From Mogibacterium sp. (GTDB lineage Bacteria > Bacillota > Clostridia > Peptostreptococcales > Anaerovoracaceae): a stretch of 64,000 nucleotides of DNA. Position 1 is the stretch's first letter, and every line of letters starts with the position of its first letter. Below, in pieces: positions 48,789 to 58,727 of the stretch. Location: positions 24,176 through 88,175 of the forward strand of contig JAKSSP010000005.1 in NCBI GenBank assembly GCA_024403035.1, in the 5' to 3' direction. Below the pieces are notes generated by a model that did not search any database, was not told the DNA's origin, and worked only from the letters and a program-made list of their open reading frames with translations. The position numbers and the translations under genes are program-made.

Positions 48789-48923
48789 TTAAACTGTAAG
48801 AGATTTTCTGCCTCTCGCTCTTCTTCTCTTGAGCACCTTGCGGCCGTTGGCTGTGGCCATTCTCTTACGGAATCCGTGTTCCTTAAGTCTCTGTCTCTTC
48901 TTAGGCTGATATGTCCTCTTCAT
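48789..48923 (-). CDS. rpmH: 50S ribosomal protein L34
   Basis: My translation of the minus strand gives [44 protein letters not shown] (44 aa). It is too short for the ORF track. Confidence 0.95.
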   Translation of the reverse strand: MKRTYQPKKRQRLKEHGFRKRMATANGRKVLKRRRARGRKSLTV

Positions 48924-49057
48924 TTCATTCTCCTGTTCTGTTTATATATTATTGTAAGTAATTTATTCGTGCGCCCTCTGAATTCCATGGGCACATAGAC
49001 CGTGAAATTATAATCTACAAACATTCACAAGTCAAGGAAATGCAGTAATTAAGGGAC

Positions 49058-49241
49058 CTGTGGAATTTTTCTCATGTATGTCTAAATTAAATACAAAATG
49101 TCCAAAAATGGGGTTATACACAATATGTAGTGTAGCCTTATGGTTGTTCACAGTTTTATCAACAATATGTGGAAAACTTATTTTTTGAACAGCCTGGAAT
49201 ACCTGTTTTTAATGCTATTTTACCCTTTGCATATGTGGAAA
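49058..49241. other. oriC part 1: DnaA-box cluster between rpmH and dnaA
   Basis: 9-mers with one or two mismatches to TTATCCACA: TGTGGAATT 49058 (2 mismatches), TTATACACA 49113, TTGTTCACA 49143 (2 mismatches), TTATCAACA 49155, TGTGGAAAA 49167 and TGTGGAAAA 49233. Confidence 0.75.
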
Positions 49242-49282
49242 ACTTTGAGTAAAATTGGTTTACAAACGTATGGAGAGTAACC

Positions 49283-50626
49283 GTGGATAAGAACAAGATA
49301 TGGGGGACGACCCTCAATTTTCTTAAAGATAATAATACGACACTGAGTTACAATACCTGGCTGGCTCCTCTAAAGATACATCACATAGAGGAAGAGGCAG
49401 GTATTGTTTATCTTGCGTGGCCTGATCAGCCGCGTCTTATTACACATATCAACGATCACTATCTTACTCAGATCGAAAATGCCATCAACAGCAGCACGGA
49501 TAAACCGTTCCGCGTGGTGATAAAAAGCGATAAGGATTATGAAATAAGCAAGATCGATACAACAAAGATGAAGAATACTCTGAATCAAGAGAAACTCTTC
49601 AATCCGCGTTTTAATTTTGAGAATTTCGTAGTCGGTAATTCAAATAAGTATGCTCATGCTGTTTCGGTCGCAGTAGCTGAATCCCCTGGAGATATCTATA
49701 ATCCTTTGTTTATATATGGTGGATCCGGACTCGGCAAAACGCACCTGATGCAGGCTATCGGAGTACAGATAATCCGCAATAATCCTGAAACCAAGGTACT
49801 TTACGTGTCCGCGGAAATGTTCACAAACGAACTTATCACCGCGATCAACGATAATAAGACCAGAACTTTCAGAAATAAATACCGCAAGCTTGATGTACTT
49901 CTTATAGACGATATCCAGTTCCTTGAAGGAAAAGAGGCGACGCAGGAAGAATTCTTCCATACTTTTGAAGCTCTTTATCAGAACAATAAGCAGATAGTAA
50001 TTACAAGTGACTGTCCGCCGGTAAGTCTTAAAGGTCTTGATGAAAGACTGCGTACAAGATTCAGCTGGAACATGATAGCGGATATCCAGCCTCCTGATTA
50101 TGAGACAAGAGTAGCTATTTTAAGAAATCTTGCTGAAAAATCGGATATTGATATGACCCCTGAAGTAAGTGATGTACTTAATCTTATTTCAGATCAGGTA
50201 AAGGATAATATACGAGAACTTGAAGGAGCATATAACAGGGTAGTCGGTCTTTCACAGCTTCTGAATGAACCAATAAATGTGGATAACGCCAGGAGTATAC
50301 TGAAAGATATCATTAAAGATAATGAGCAGGCTGTTGCTCCTGAGAGAATAAGATCTATAGTAGCTAATCACTATAAAATAAAGATAGCGGATATGGATTC
50401 TCCAAAGAGAAATGCTGAAATAACTCTGCCAAGACAGGTTGCGATGTATCTTTGCAGAACTGAAACTGATCTTTCTCTTCCTAAGATAGGAAAGCTGTTT
50501 GGAGACAGACATTATTCAACTGTAATACATGCCATAGAAAAAATAGAAGATCAGCTTAAGTATGATGAGATACTCTATGAAAATATAGAAACAATTAAGG
50601 CAAAACTGCAGTCCAGAAAGATATAA
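49283..50626 (+). CDS. dnaA: Chromosomal replication initiator protein DnaA
   Basis: GTG start behind GGAGAG. AAA+ motifs GGSGLGKTHL and LLIDDIQF, plus the domain IV helix-turn-helix. The usual GRDHTTV signature reads DRHYSTV here. Confidence 0.95.
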   Translation: MDKNKIWGTTLNFLKDNNTTLSYNTWLAPLKIHHIEEEAGIVYLAWPDQPRLITHINDHYLTQIENAINSSTDKPFRVVIKSDKDYEISKIDTTKMKNTLNQEKLFNPRFNFENFVVGNSNKYAHAVSVAVAESPGDIYNPLFIYGGSGLGKTHLMQAIGVQIIRNNPETKVLYVSAEMFTNELITAINDNKTRTFRNKYRKLDVLLIDDIQFLEGKEATQEEFFHTFEALYQNNKQIVITSDCPPVSLKGLDERLRTRFSWNMIADIQPPDYETRVAILRNLAEKSDIDMTPEVSDVLNLISDQVKDNIRELEGAYNRVVGLSQLLNEPINVDNARSILKDIIKDNEQAVAPERIRSIVANHYKIKIADMDSPKRNAEITLPRQVAMYLCRTETDLSLPKIGKLFGDRHYSTVIHAIEKIEDQLKYDEILYENIETIKAKLQSRKI

Positions 50627-50752
50627 ATTCTTTTAAATAATCATTTGAAAATAGTATACAAATAATAATCAACATCGTATAAACAGTTTTTTAATATCAT
50701 TTTCAACTTTTAAAAATTTGAATTTTGATTCAAAAATCAGGTTATTCAGAAG

Positions 50753-50810
50753 TTATCCACATTATCAACAACACTTACTATTAATACTAATATCTAATAT
50801 ATAAATATAA
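50753..50810. other. oriC part 2: tandem DnaA boxes, trinucleotide-periodic tract and AT-rich unwinding region
   Basis: A perfect TTATCCACA (50753-50761) is followed directly by TTATCAACA (50762-50770). Next comes cttactattaatactaata (minus strand TAT TAG TAT TAA TAG TAA), then a nearly pure A/T tract up to about 50810. Confidence 0.7.
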
Positions 50811-50844
50811 GAGCTGCGGCAAGGTAAAAACGAAAGGATAAGCC

Positions 50845-51948
50845 ATGAAAATATATTGCAACAGAACAGAATTAAATAAAGCTTTGAATAATGTTTCTCA
50901 TTCTGTTCCGGTAAGAACTACATCAAATATATTGGAAGGAATTCTTATCAATGCAGAAGATAGTAAAATGAAACTTACTTCTACAGATACAAACATGACA
51001 ACTGAAACAGTCATAAATGTAAAGGCAGACGGTATCTGTGAATTTGTAGTATCTGCCAAGCTGTTCAGCGCTATCATCTCAAAGCTTCCTGAAGAAGATA
51101 TGATGATAGATTATGATAATGAAAAATTAAAAATAAACATAAAGAGCGGAGGATCGAATTCTGAAATCATATGTTTCAGAGGAGATGATTATCCGAAGAT
51201 CAGACTTGATGAGGGTGAAAAAGTATTCTATCTGGATAAAGAAGATGTAAAGAAGCTTATTAAAAAGACTGCTTTCAGTGCTTCAACTGATGAATTCAAC
51301 AGGATCATCACAGGAGTTCTTCTTGAGATCAAAGATGGAAAAATGAAGATGGTAGGAGTTGATCCTTACAGGATAGCTACTTATCAGATAGATGTTGATA
51401 ATAAAGAAAATGTAAATGTTATCATTCCGGCAAAATTGATCATTGAAGTATCAAAATTCATTGATGATGATGGTGATTCAAAGATGAGTTTTGAGATCAT
51501 AGATAATAAAGTTGTGATGAAGTTTGATAATAACAAAGTAATCATCAATACTTATTCAGGAAAATTCATTGATTATGAAAGGATCCTCAATAAAGAAGGA
51601 AACATCAATGTAAGAGTTAAAAAAGATGATCTTTTGAAGAGTACTGAAAGAGCATCACTTCTGGCATCAGTTCAGAATAATAACCTTATAAGATTCAATA
51701 TTGGAAAAAATATGATATATATCACTTCTCTGAATGAAGAGGGAAATATTGAAGAAAAGGTAGAAGTCATAAATGATGGAGAAGAATTGAATATAGGAAT
51801 CAATTCAAGATATTTAAAGGATGCTCTCAGTGTCATTGAAGATGAAGAAATAAACATCAACTTCAAAGACAGTGTAAGCCCGGCCATCATAAAGCCATTA
51901 AAAGGCGATAAATACACATATTTGATCCTTCCAATCAGAATGAATTAA
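50845..51948 (+). CDS. dnaN: DNA polymerase III beta sliding clamp
   Basis: 367 aa with the three-domain clamp pattern (LNKALNNVSHSVPVRTTSNILEGILI...PAIIKP...YLILPIRMN). It lies directly after dnaA. Confidence 0.95.
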   Translation: MKIYCNRTELNKALNNVSHSVPVRTTSNILEGILINAEDSKMKLTSTDTNMTTETVINVKADGICEFVVSAKLFSAIISKLPEEDMMIDYDNEKLKINIKSGGSNSEIICFRGDDYPKIRLDEGEKVFYLDKEDVKKLIKKTAFSASTDEFNRIITGVLLEIKDGKMKMVGVDPYRIATYQIDVDNKENVNVIIPAKLIIEVSKFIDDDGDSKMSFEIIDNKVVMKFDNNKVIINTYSGKFIDYERILNKEGNINVRVKKDDLLKSTERASLLASVQNNNLIRFNIGKNMIYITSLNEEGNIEEKVEVINDGEELNIGINSRYLKDALSVIEDEEININFKDSVSPAIIKPLKGDKYTYLILPIRMN

Positions 51949-51976
51949 AAAAATGCAGCCTTATGGATGCATTTTT
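51949..51976. terminator. Bidirectional terminator between dnaN and psuG
   Basis: aaaaatgcagcc ttat ggatgcattttt hairpin between convergent genes. Confidence 0.7.
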
Positions 51977-51994
51977 AATATGTATAACATATTT

Positions 51995-52906
51995 TTATTT
52001 ACATAATTCGCATGCTGTCTGTGCTGCGACTTTTGCGTTATTGAATACAAGCTGGATATTTGAATCGAGGCTGTCTCCTCCTGTGAGTTCTTTTACTCTT
52101 GCCAGAAGGAATGGGGTGGTCTCTTTTCCTTTTATTCCCATTTTTACACATTCATCTACAGCCTGAATAATTGCCGGATTTATTATATCCGGATCCATCG
52201 CATATTCTTCAGGTATAGGATTGCCTACCAAAATACCGCCTTTCATGCCAAGCTCCATATGTGTCTTGAAGAAATGAGCAAGCTCGGCCGGAGAATCAAC
52301 TTTATAATCAACACTGAATCCGCTCTTTGTAGTATAGAAAGCAGGCATGTCTTCAGTGCCCATTCCTATGACAGGGACTCCTTTTGTTTCGAGATATTCC
52401 AGAGTCAGACCTATATCCAAAATCGATTTACATCCTGCGCAGATGACCATGACAGGTGTCTGAGCAAGTTCTTCAAGGTCTGCGCTTATATCCATTGTGA
52501 CCTCGGCACCTCTGTGGACTCCGCCTATGCCGCCGGTCGCGAAGATATTGATACCTGCCATGTGAGCTATCATCATGGTAGTAGTAACTGTGCAGGCTCC
52601 GTCTTCACCTTTTGCGCAGAGCATGGCAAGGTCACGCCTTGAAGCCTTTATGATCTCAGGACCTTTCTTTCCAAAGTATTCGATTTCATCAGGTGTAAGC
52701 CCGGCTTTGAGTCTGCCTCCAATTATTGCGATCGTGGCCGGAGTTGCGCCATTGTCTCTTACTATCTTTTCAACTGCGAGCGCTGTCTCCACGTTCTGCG
52801 GATAAGGCATTCCATGCGAGATAATGGTTGACTCAAGAGCGACTACAGGCTTGCCGGTATCCAGAGCTTCTTTAACTTCTTTACTAATATCAAGGTATTT
52901 ATTCAT
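51995..52906 (-). CDS. psuG: Pseudouridine-5'-phosphate glycosidase
   Basis: VALESTIISHGMPYPQN and TGGIGGVHRG, motifs of the PsuG/IndA family. Confidence 0.9.
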   Translation of the reverse strand: MNKYLDISKEVKEALDTGKPVVALESTIISHGMPYPQNVETALAVEKIVRDNGATPATIAIIGGRLKAGLTPDEIEYFGKKGPEIIKASRRDLAMLCAKGEDGACTVTTTMMIAHMAGINIFATGGIGGVHRGAEVTMDISADLEELAQTPVMVICAGCKSILDIGLTLEYLETKGVPVIGMGTEDMPAFYTTKSGFSVDYKVDSPAELAHFFKTHMELGMKGGILVGNPIPEEYAMDPDIINPAIIQAVDECVKMGIKGKETTPFLLARVKELTGGDSLDSNIQLVFNNAKVAAQTACELCK

Positions 52907-52986
52907 AGAAATATCCTCCTTCTAATTGCTATCAGTTTATTATTGGCAGTCATCTGTCGATTTTTCAGATGATTTATCGAGTGATG

Positions 52987-53949
52987 CTATTTCATGTATT
53001 TGACTTCTTTAATTTCCACTTCATGATCATCAAGCATTTTTTCTATCAGCCCGCTGCTCATGGCAGGATGTATCGTAGGATCCACGGATATTGTTGCGGA
53101 GGCTGCGGCGTTCGCTGCCTTTACAGGTGCTTCCAGTCCGTCTCCACCGTCTTTGAGAGATGACCAGATTATGGCCGCCATCGCGGAGTCTCCTGCTCCG
53201 GTCGTGCACTTCACGTCAGCGGGATATCTGTCCGCCATTAAAGTGTGATCCTTGTCTGCCGCGATCATGCCGTTAGGGCCAAGAGAAATAAATACTCTTC
53301 TGACACCCTGGTCTATCAGGGCCTTGGCTGCTTCGAGACAGTCGTAGTCAGTTTCAATTATCGTGTCGGTCAGGAACTCGGCCTCAAGAAGATTCGGCTT
53401 GAGAGTGTCTATTCCGTCCAGATGACCTTTGATCTTGTCGGCCTGAGAAACCGATACCGTATCCATGTACAGAGGTACCTTACAGATCTCTTTTATCTTG
53501 AGAAAGGTCTCCTGCGTCAGATTACAGTCGGCGATCACTACAGCTGCGGAATTTATCACGTCGCTTAGTGATTCTATATATTCAGGCGTGATGTGCTTCA
53601 CTATGTCGACGTGCGACAGGGCAAGGTTCATCTCACCGTCATCGTCGTTGATGAAGAGGTATGTGGAGGTAGAAGCTTCAGGCACTATGAGCGAGAGGCT
53701 CGTGTCCATGCCTATGCTTTCGCATCTCTCAAGCATCTCTTTGCCGAGTGTATCATCGCCGATCGCGGTGATGAATTCGACTCTTACTCCGAGCAGGGCA
53801 AGATTATGGGCTATGTTTCTGCCCACGCCTCCGTAGCTCATCTTTATGACACCCGGATTGGAGTCGCCCGGAATGAGCGGCTTAAATGGGGTACCGCCTA
53901 AGTCGATGTTGGCGGCTCCGATCACTACTGCGTATCCTTTTTCTTCCAT
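52987..53949 (-). CDS. psuK: PfkB-family carbohydrate kinase, probable pseudouridine kinase
   Basis: VVIGAANIDLGG, the GGVGRNIA region and the C-terminal TTGAGDS motif of PfkB kinases. It is adjacent to psuG. Start taken at the ATG at 53949. Confidence 0.75.
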   Translation of the reverse strand: MEEKGYAVVIGAANIDLGGTPFKPLIPGDSNPGVIKMSYGGVGRNIAHNLALLGVRVEFITAIGDDTLGKEMLERCESIGMDTSLSLIVPEASTSTYLFINDDDGEMNLALSHVDIVKHITPEYIESLSDVINSAAVVIADCNLTQETFLKIKEICKVPLYMDTVSVSQADKIKGHLDGIDTLKPNLLEAEFLTDTIIETDYDCLEAAKALIDQGVRRVFISLGPNGMIAADKDHTLMADRYPADVKCTTGAGDSAMAAIIWSSLKDGGDGLEAPVKAANAAASATISVDPTIHPAMSSGLIEKMLDDHEVEIKEVKYMK

Positions 53950-53963
53950 AATAACCGGTTTCC

Positions 53964-54545
53964 TTATTTTCCCTGCTGTTCCTTGATGCGCTGCTTCCAG
54001 CACTTGTGGCACATGGCTGTATATCTGTCGTTGCCGCCAAGCACTACCTGATCACCTTCCGTGATTATGCGGCCGTTATCATCGAACCTCGCGTTAACGG
54101 TCGCTTTGCGTCCGCACTCGCATATAGTCTTGATCTCGGTGATGGAGTCGGCAATTTCCATGAGCCTTTTGGCTCCCGGAAAGAAGTGCGTGAGGAAGTC
54201 GGTCCTGAGGCCGAAGCAGAGAACAGGGATGTTCTTCTCATCGACCAGCCATCTTAGTCCATCGATCTGTTCAGGTGTCAGGAACTGCGCTTCATCAGCG
54301 ATGATGACATCGTAGTCGCCGGCCGCGTGATAGGCCGCTATGATATCCTCATCCGGGTGGATGACCTGAGCCTTTTGATGAAGACCGATGCGGCTTCTGA
54401 TGATGTCAGCGCCGTCGCGGGTATCGGTTCCCGGCTTGATCAGCCATACGGTCATGCCTTTTTCTTCATAATTGAACTTTGTGGTCAGAGCCTGAGCGGA
54501 CTTGGATGAGCCCATTGCTCCGTATTTAAAGTATAACTTGGCCAT
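53964..54545 (-). CDS. tdk: Thymidine kinase
   Basis: GAMGSSKS P-loop, DEAQF, and the zinc ribbon C-x2-C...C-x2-C (ICECG, CHKC). Confidence 0.9.
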   Translation of the reverse strand: MAKLYFKYGAMGSSKSAQALTTKFNYEEKGMTVWLIKPGTDTRDGADIIRSRIGLHQKAQVIHPDEDIIAAYHAAGDYDVIIADEAQFLTPEQIDGLRWLVDEKNIPVLCFGLRTDFLTHFFPGAKRLMEIADSITEIKTICECGRKATVNARFDDNGRIITEGDQVVLGGNDRYTAMCHKCWKQRIKEQQGK

Positions 54546-54694
54546 AAAATCCTCCTTAGGTCACGTTTAATTTTACTACATATTTTGATAAAAATGGTTT
54601 TTGTTTTAGCAGCTGTTAGGCTATAATTATCGCGTAGGGATCGACGGATCCCAAGGTTCACTATTTTAATCTAAAGTACTTTAGGAGGATTAAG

Positions 54695-55828
54695 ATGAAG
54701 AAATTTCTTGTATTACTCCTCGCAGCTCTGATGGTATTCTCATTTGCAGCTTGCGGGGGCGGCGGTGGTGACGAAGGCGCAGCTGATGATGGCGCAATGA
54801 AGGTAGCAATGGTTACTGACTATGGTGACATCACAGACCAGTCCTTCAACCAGACAACTTATGAGGCATGCAAGGCTTTCTGTGAAGGAAATGGGATTGA
54901 CTTCACATATAAGAAACCTGCATCCGACGCAGACGCTGACCGTGTCTCCTCGATCGAAGAGGCTATTGAGGAAGGCTATAACGTAATCGTAATGCCTGGT
55001 TATGCGTTCGCAAACGCTATCTACGAGGTAGCTCCGCTTTATCCTGACACCAAGTTCGTAGCACTCGACGTATCTGAGGGAGACCTCACAGCTTACGGCG
55101 ACAGAGAATTCGACGGACCTAACGTATACAGCGCTGTATATCAGGAAGAGCTCGCTGGCTACATGGCAGGATATGCCGCAGTCAAGATGGGCTTCACAAA
55201 GCTCGGATTCCTCGGCGGAATGGCAGTACCGGCTGTACAGAGATACGGCCACGGATTCGTTCAGGGCGCAGATGCTGCTGCTGCTGAGCTCGGAAAGAGC
55301 GACGTAGAGATCAAGTATGTCTACGGCGGACAGTTCTTCGGCGATGCTGACATCACAGCTGCTATGGACACATGGTATGGCGCAGGCACAGAAGTCGTAT
55401 TCGCTTGCGGCGGCGGAATCTACACATCTGCTGCTGAGGCTGCTGCTAAGGTTGGCGGCAAGGTCATCGGCGTTGACGTAGACCAGGCTGCTACAATCGA
55501 CGGCGCTTATGGCGAAGGCATGACAATTACATCGGCTATGAAGGGCCTTGGCGCAACAGTCAACACACTGCTCAGCGCTATCAAGGACGGCAACTGGGCT
55601 GACTATGCTGGCCAGATCCAGAACCTCGGACTCGTTTCCGAGACTCCGGAAGAGAACTACGTACAGCTGCCGGCTTCCACAGTATGGAACGACGGATTCG
55701 GCGAGGCTGATTATCAGGCTCTCGTTAAGGATCTCTTCGACGGAACAAGAACAGTTTCGAACGACATCGAGGCTATTCCTGCAACAACTGCTGTAAAGGT
55801 AGATGATCAGGGAGCTATCAAGGGCTAG
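54695..55828 (+). CDS. BMP-family (nucleoside-binding) ABC transporter substrate-binding lipoprotein
   Basis: Lipobox FSFAACGG and the BMP/PnrA-like sequence (VAMVTDYGDITDQSFNQ). It is followed by matching ATPase and permease genes. Confidence 0.8.
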   Translation: MKKFLVLLLAALMVFSFAACGGGGGDEGAADDGAMKVAMVTDYGDITDQSFNQTTYEACKAFCEGNGIDFTYKKPASDADADRVSSIEEAIEEGYNVIVMPGYAFANAIYEVAPLYPDTKFVALDVSEGDLTAYGDREFDGPNVYSAVYQEELAGYMAGYAAVKMGFTKLGFLGGMAVPAVQRYGHGFVQGADAAAAELGKSDVEIKYVYGGQFFGDADITAAMDTWYGAGTEVVFACGGGIYTSAAEAAAKVGGKVIGVDVDQAATIDGAYGEGMTITSAMKGLGATVNTLLSAIKDGNWADYAGQIQNLGLVSETPEENYVQLPASTVWNDGFGEADYQALVKDLFDGTRTVSNDIEAIPATTAVKVDDQGAIKG

Positions 55829-55968
55829 TAACAAGTTCTGAAAGAGCACAAGAAATAAAGGCGGTTCCTTATTGGATCGCCTTTTTTCTTGTACTCTTTC
55901 ATATTCTTTTTTTGTATAATGATCATGTATATGCTTATGCTATTTCATACATGGAGGGAAACGGTATT

Positions 55969-57564
55969 ATGGATGCACCTTATGCCATAGAAATGGTGAA
56001 CATCACCAAACGATTCCCCGGCATCATAGCAAATGACAACATCACTTTGCAGCTAAAGAGAGGCGAGATACACGCCTTGCTTGGTGAAAATGGTGCCGGT
56101 AAATCCACCCTCATGTCCGTCCTTTTCGGCTTATACCAGGCCGAAGAAGGAGTAATCAAAAAGGACGGCAAGGAGGTAAAGATCAACAACCCTAACGATG
56201 CCAATGACCTGGGCATCGGAATGGTACACCAGCACTTTAAACTGGTACAGTGTTTCACCGTTCTGGAAAACATCATCCTCGGAGTCGAAGAGACCAAGGG
56301 TGGAGTCCTTCAGATGGATGAGGCCAGAGCAAAGGTAAAAGCGCTGTCTGAAAAGTACGGACTGCAGGTCGATCCTGACGCAAAGATCGAAGATATCACT
56401 GTAGGAATGCAGCAGAGAACTGAGATCCTCAAGATGCTCTTCCGTGACAACGAGATCCTCATCTTCGACGAGCCTACCGCCGTACTTACACCGCAGGAGA
56501 TCGAAGAGCTGATGGAGATCATGAGAAACCTCAGAGCTGAGGGCAAGTCGATCCTCTTCATCTCACACAAACTGAATGAGATCATGTCGGTAGCGGACAG
56601 AGTTACGGTACTCCGCCGCGGCAAGTACATAGGCACTGTAGAAGTAAAGGACGTCACAAAAGAAGACCTCAGCCGCATGATGGTAGGCCGTGATGTACAG
56701 ATGGTAGTAGACAAGGAGCCGGCACATCCGGGTGAAGTCATCCTCAAGATAGAGAACATGACAGTCGCTTCCAAACTGCACTCCAACAACGCGGTCAAGA
56801 ATGTCAGCTTAACGGTGAGAGAGGGTGAGATCGTATGTATCGCCGGTATTGACGGAAACGGCCAGACCGAGTTCGTATACGGACTTACCGGAATGGAACC
56901 TCTCGTTGACGGAAAGATCACTCTCTGCGGAGAGGACATCTCGCACGACTCGATCCGCAAGAGAAGCAAGAACATGAGCCATATTCCTGAGGACAGGCAC
57001 AAACACGGACTCGTTCTTGACTATCCTCTTGAGTACGACATGATACTCCAGAGATACTATCAGTCAGAGTTCACATCGAAGGCCGGATTCCTCAAGAGGC
57101 CTGAGATCCGCGCTTACTCAGAGAGGCTGGAGAAAGAGTTTGACGTAAGATCCGGACAGGGACCTATCACAATCGCCAGAGCGATGTCCGGCGGTAACCA
57201 GCAGAAAGCGATCATCGCCCGTGAGGTCGATAAAGAGCACAAGCTGCTGGTAGCAGTACAGCCTACGAGAGGTCTGGACGTAGGAGCCATCGAAGGCGTA
57301 CACCGCAACCTGATCGCGGAAAGAGACCGCGGCAGAGCGGTACTGCTGATCTCACTCGAACTCGAAGAGGTAATGAACGTTCCTGACAGGATCCTCGTAA
57401 TGTACGAGGGCGAGATCGTCGGTGAGCTCGATCCTAAGAAGACGACAGTCGAAGAGCTTGGTCTGTACATGGCCGGCGCTAAGAGAAACGTCTTCATCGA
57501 TGCTGATACCAGCGAGATCGAAGAATCAGAATCCATCGATACAGCAAGGAAGGAGGAAGCGTAA
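55969..57564 (+). CDS. ABC transporter ATP-binding protein with two nucleotide-binding domains
   Basis: Walker A GENGAGKST is present in the first half and GIDGNGQT in the second. Start taken at the ATG at 55969, behind GGAGGG. Confidence 0.85.
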   Translation: MDAPYAIEMVNITKRFPGIIANDNITLQLKRGEIHALLGENGAGKSTLMSVLFGLYQAEEGVIKKDGKEVKINNPNDANDLGIGMVHQHFKLVQCFTVLENIILGVEETKGGVLQMDEARAKVKALSEKYGLQVDPDAKIEDITVGMQQRTEILKMLFRDNEILIFDEPTAVLTPQEIEELMEIMRNLRAEGKSILFISHKLNEIMSVADRVTVLRRGKYIGTVEVKDVTKEDLSRMMVGRDVQMVVDKEPAHPGEVILKIENMTVASKLHSNNAVKNVSLTVREGEIVCIAGIDGNGQTEFVYGLTGMEPLVDGKITLCGEDISHDSIRKRSKNMSHIPEDRHKHGLVLDYPLEYDMILQRYYQSEFTSKAGFLKRPEIRAYSERLEKEFDVRSGQGPITIARAMSGGNQQKAIIAREVDKEHKLLVAVQPTRGLDVGAIEGVHRNLIAERDRGRAVLLISLELEEVMNVPDRILVMYEGEIVGELDPKKTTVEELGLYMAGAKRNVFIDADTSEIEESESIDTARKEEA

Positions 57565-58727
57565 TGAAAAAGAAAGAACCGCTTATTAAAAATCCATCCT
57601 TCCAGTCGATACTGACATCACTGCTCTGTATCGTCCTCGGACTGCTGATCGGATACATCGTTCTGCTGATGATCAATCCGGCAGGCGCAGGACAGGCGAT
57701 CAAGACGATCCTGCTCAACTTCCTGAGCCGTTCTTCGCAGGCGGCACAGTTAAAGGCATTAGGAAATACCCTGGCCAAGACAGCGCCGCTGCTGATGTGC
57801 GCGCTTTCGATATGCTTCTGCTACAAGGTAGGACTGTTCAACATCGGAGCTCCGGGACAGTATGAGGCCGGCGCGTGCATCGGACTCTATGCTGCTCTCG
57901 CATGGCACTGCAACTGGGTGATATGCCTGCTGCTCGCTGCTCTCGCAGGAGCTGTAGTCGGAGCCATCTCCGGAACACTCAAGGCATACAGAAACGTAAA
58001 TGAGGTTATCTCGGGCATCATGCTCAACTGGATAATGCTCTACCTTACCAACATGGTGCTTACATCCAAGTCGGTAAAGGACCCTGCGAGCCCTTACACC
58101 ATCAAGCTGGCACAGGGCAACAAGGGAGCGCTGATCCCTTCACTGGGACTCAACAAACTCTTCGCAGGAAATACAACGGTCACACTGGCGATTCCTCTCG
58201 CGATCATCTTCGCGATACTCATCTGGATGATCCTGTCGAAGACCAAATTCGGCTACGAACTGCGCGCTACCGGTTTCAACAAGGAAGCAGCCAAGTATGC
58301 CGGAATGAAAGAAAAACAAAACATCATCGTGACACTGGCGATCGGCGGTGCCCTGGCGGGTATCGGCGCAGCGTTCCTCTTCCTCACAGGATATCAGGAA
58401 TGGTCCACGACACAGACATCTGTGCCGGGCATGGGATTCAATGGCATCGCGGCCACCTTCCTGGGAGGCCTGCATCCGATCGGAACGATCTTCGCATCGT
58501 TCTTCATCCAGTCCATCACAGACGGCGGAGCGCTTATCAACAAGTCGGTATATCCTTCGCAGATCTCTGACCTGATCTCCTCGATCATCATTTATCTGTG
58601 CGCGTTCGTACTGTTCTTCAAGTTTGCGCTCAACAACTGGATAGGCAAGAAAGACAAGGGAGGTCCGAACGTAAACGACGTACCTGTCACAGATGCTTCG
58701 GCTAAGTCGGAAGGAGGTGAGAAGTAA
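57564..58727 (+). CDS. ABC transporter permease (BMP-type system)
   Basis: 387-aa polytopic membrane ORF, start-overlapped with the ATPase stop. Confidence 0.8.
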   Translation: MKKKEPLIKNPSFQSILTSLLCIVLGLLIGYIVLLMINPAGAGQAIKTILLNFLSRSSQAAQLKALGNTLAKTAPLLMCALSICFCYKVGLFNIGAPGQYEAGACIGLYAALAWHCNWVICLLLAALAGAVVGAISGTLKAYRNVNEVISGIMLNWIMLYLTNMVLTSKSVKDPASPYTIKLAQGNKGALIPSLGLNKLFAGNTTVTLAIPLAIIFAILIWMILSKTKFGYELRATGFNKEAAKYAGMKEKQNIIVTLAIGGALAGIGAAFLFLTGYQEWSTTQTSVPGMGFNGIAATFLGGLHPIGTIFASFFIQSITDGGALINKSVYPSQISDLISSIIIYLCAFVLFFKFALNNWIGKKDKGGPNVNDVPVTDASAKSEGGEK

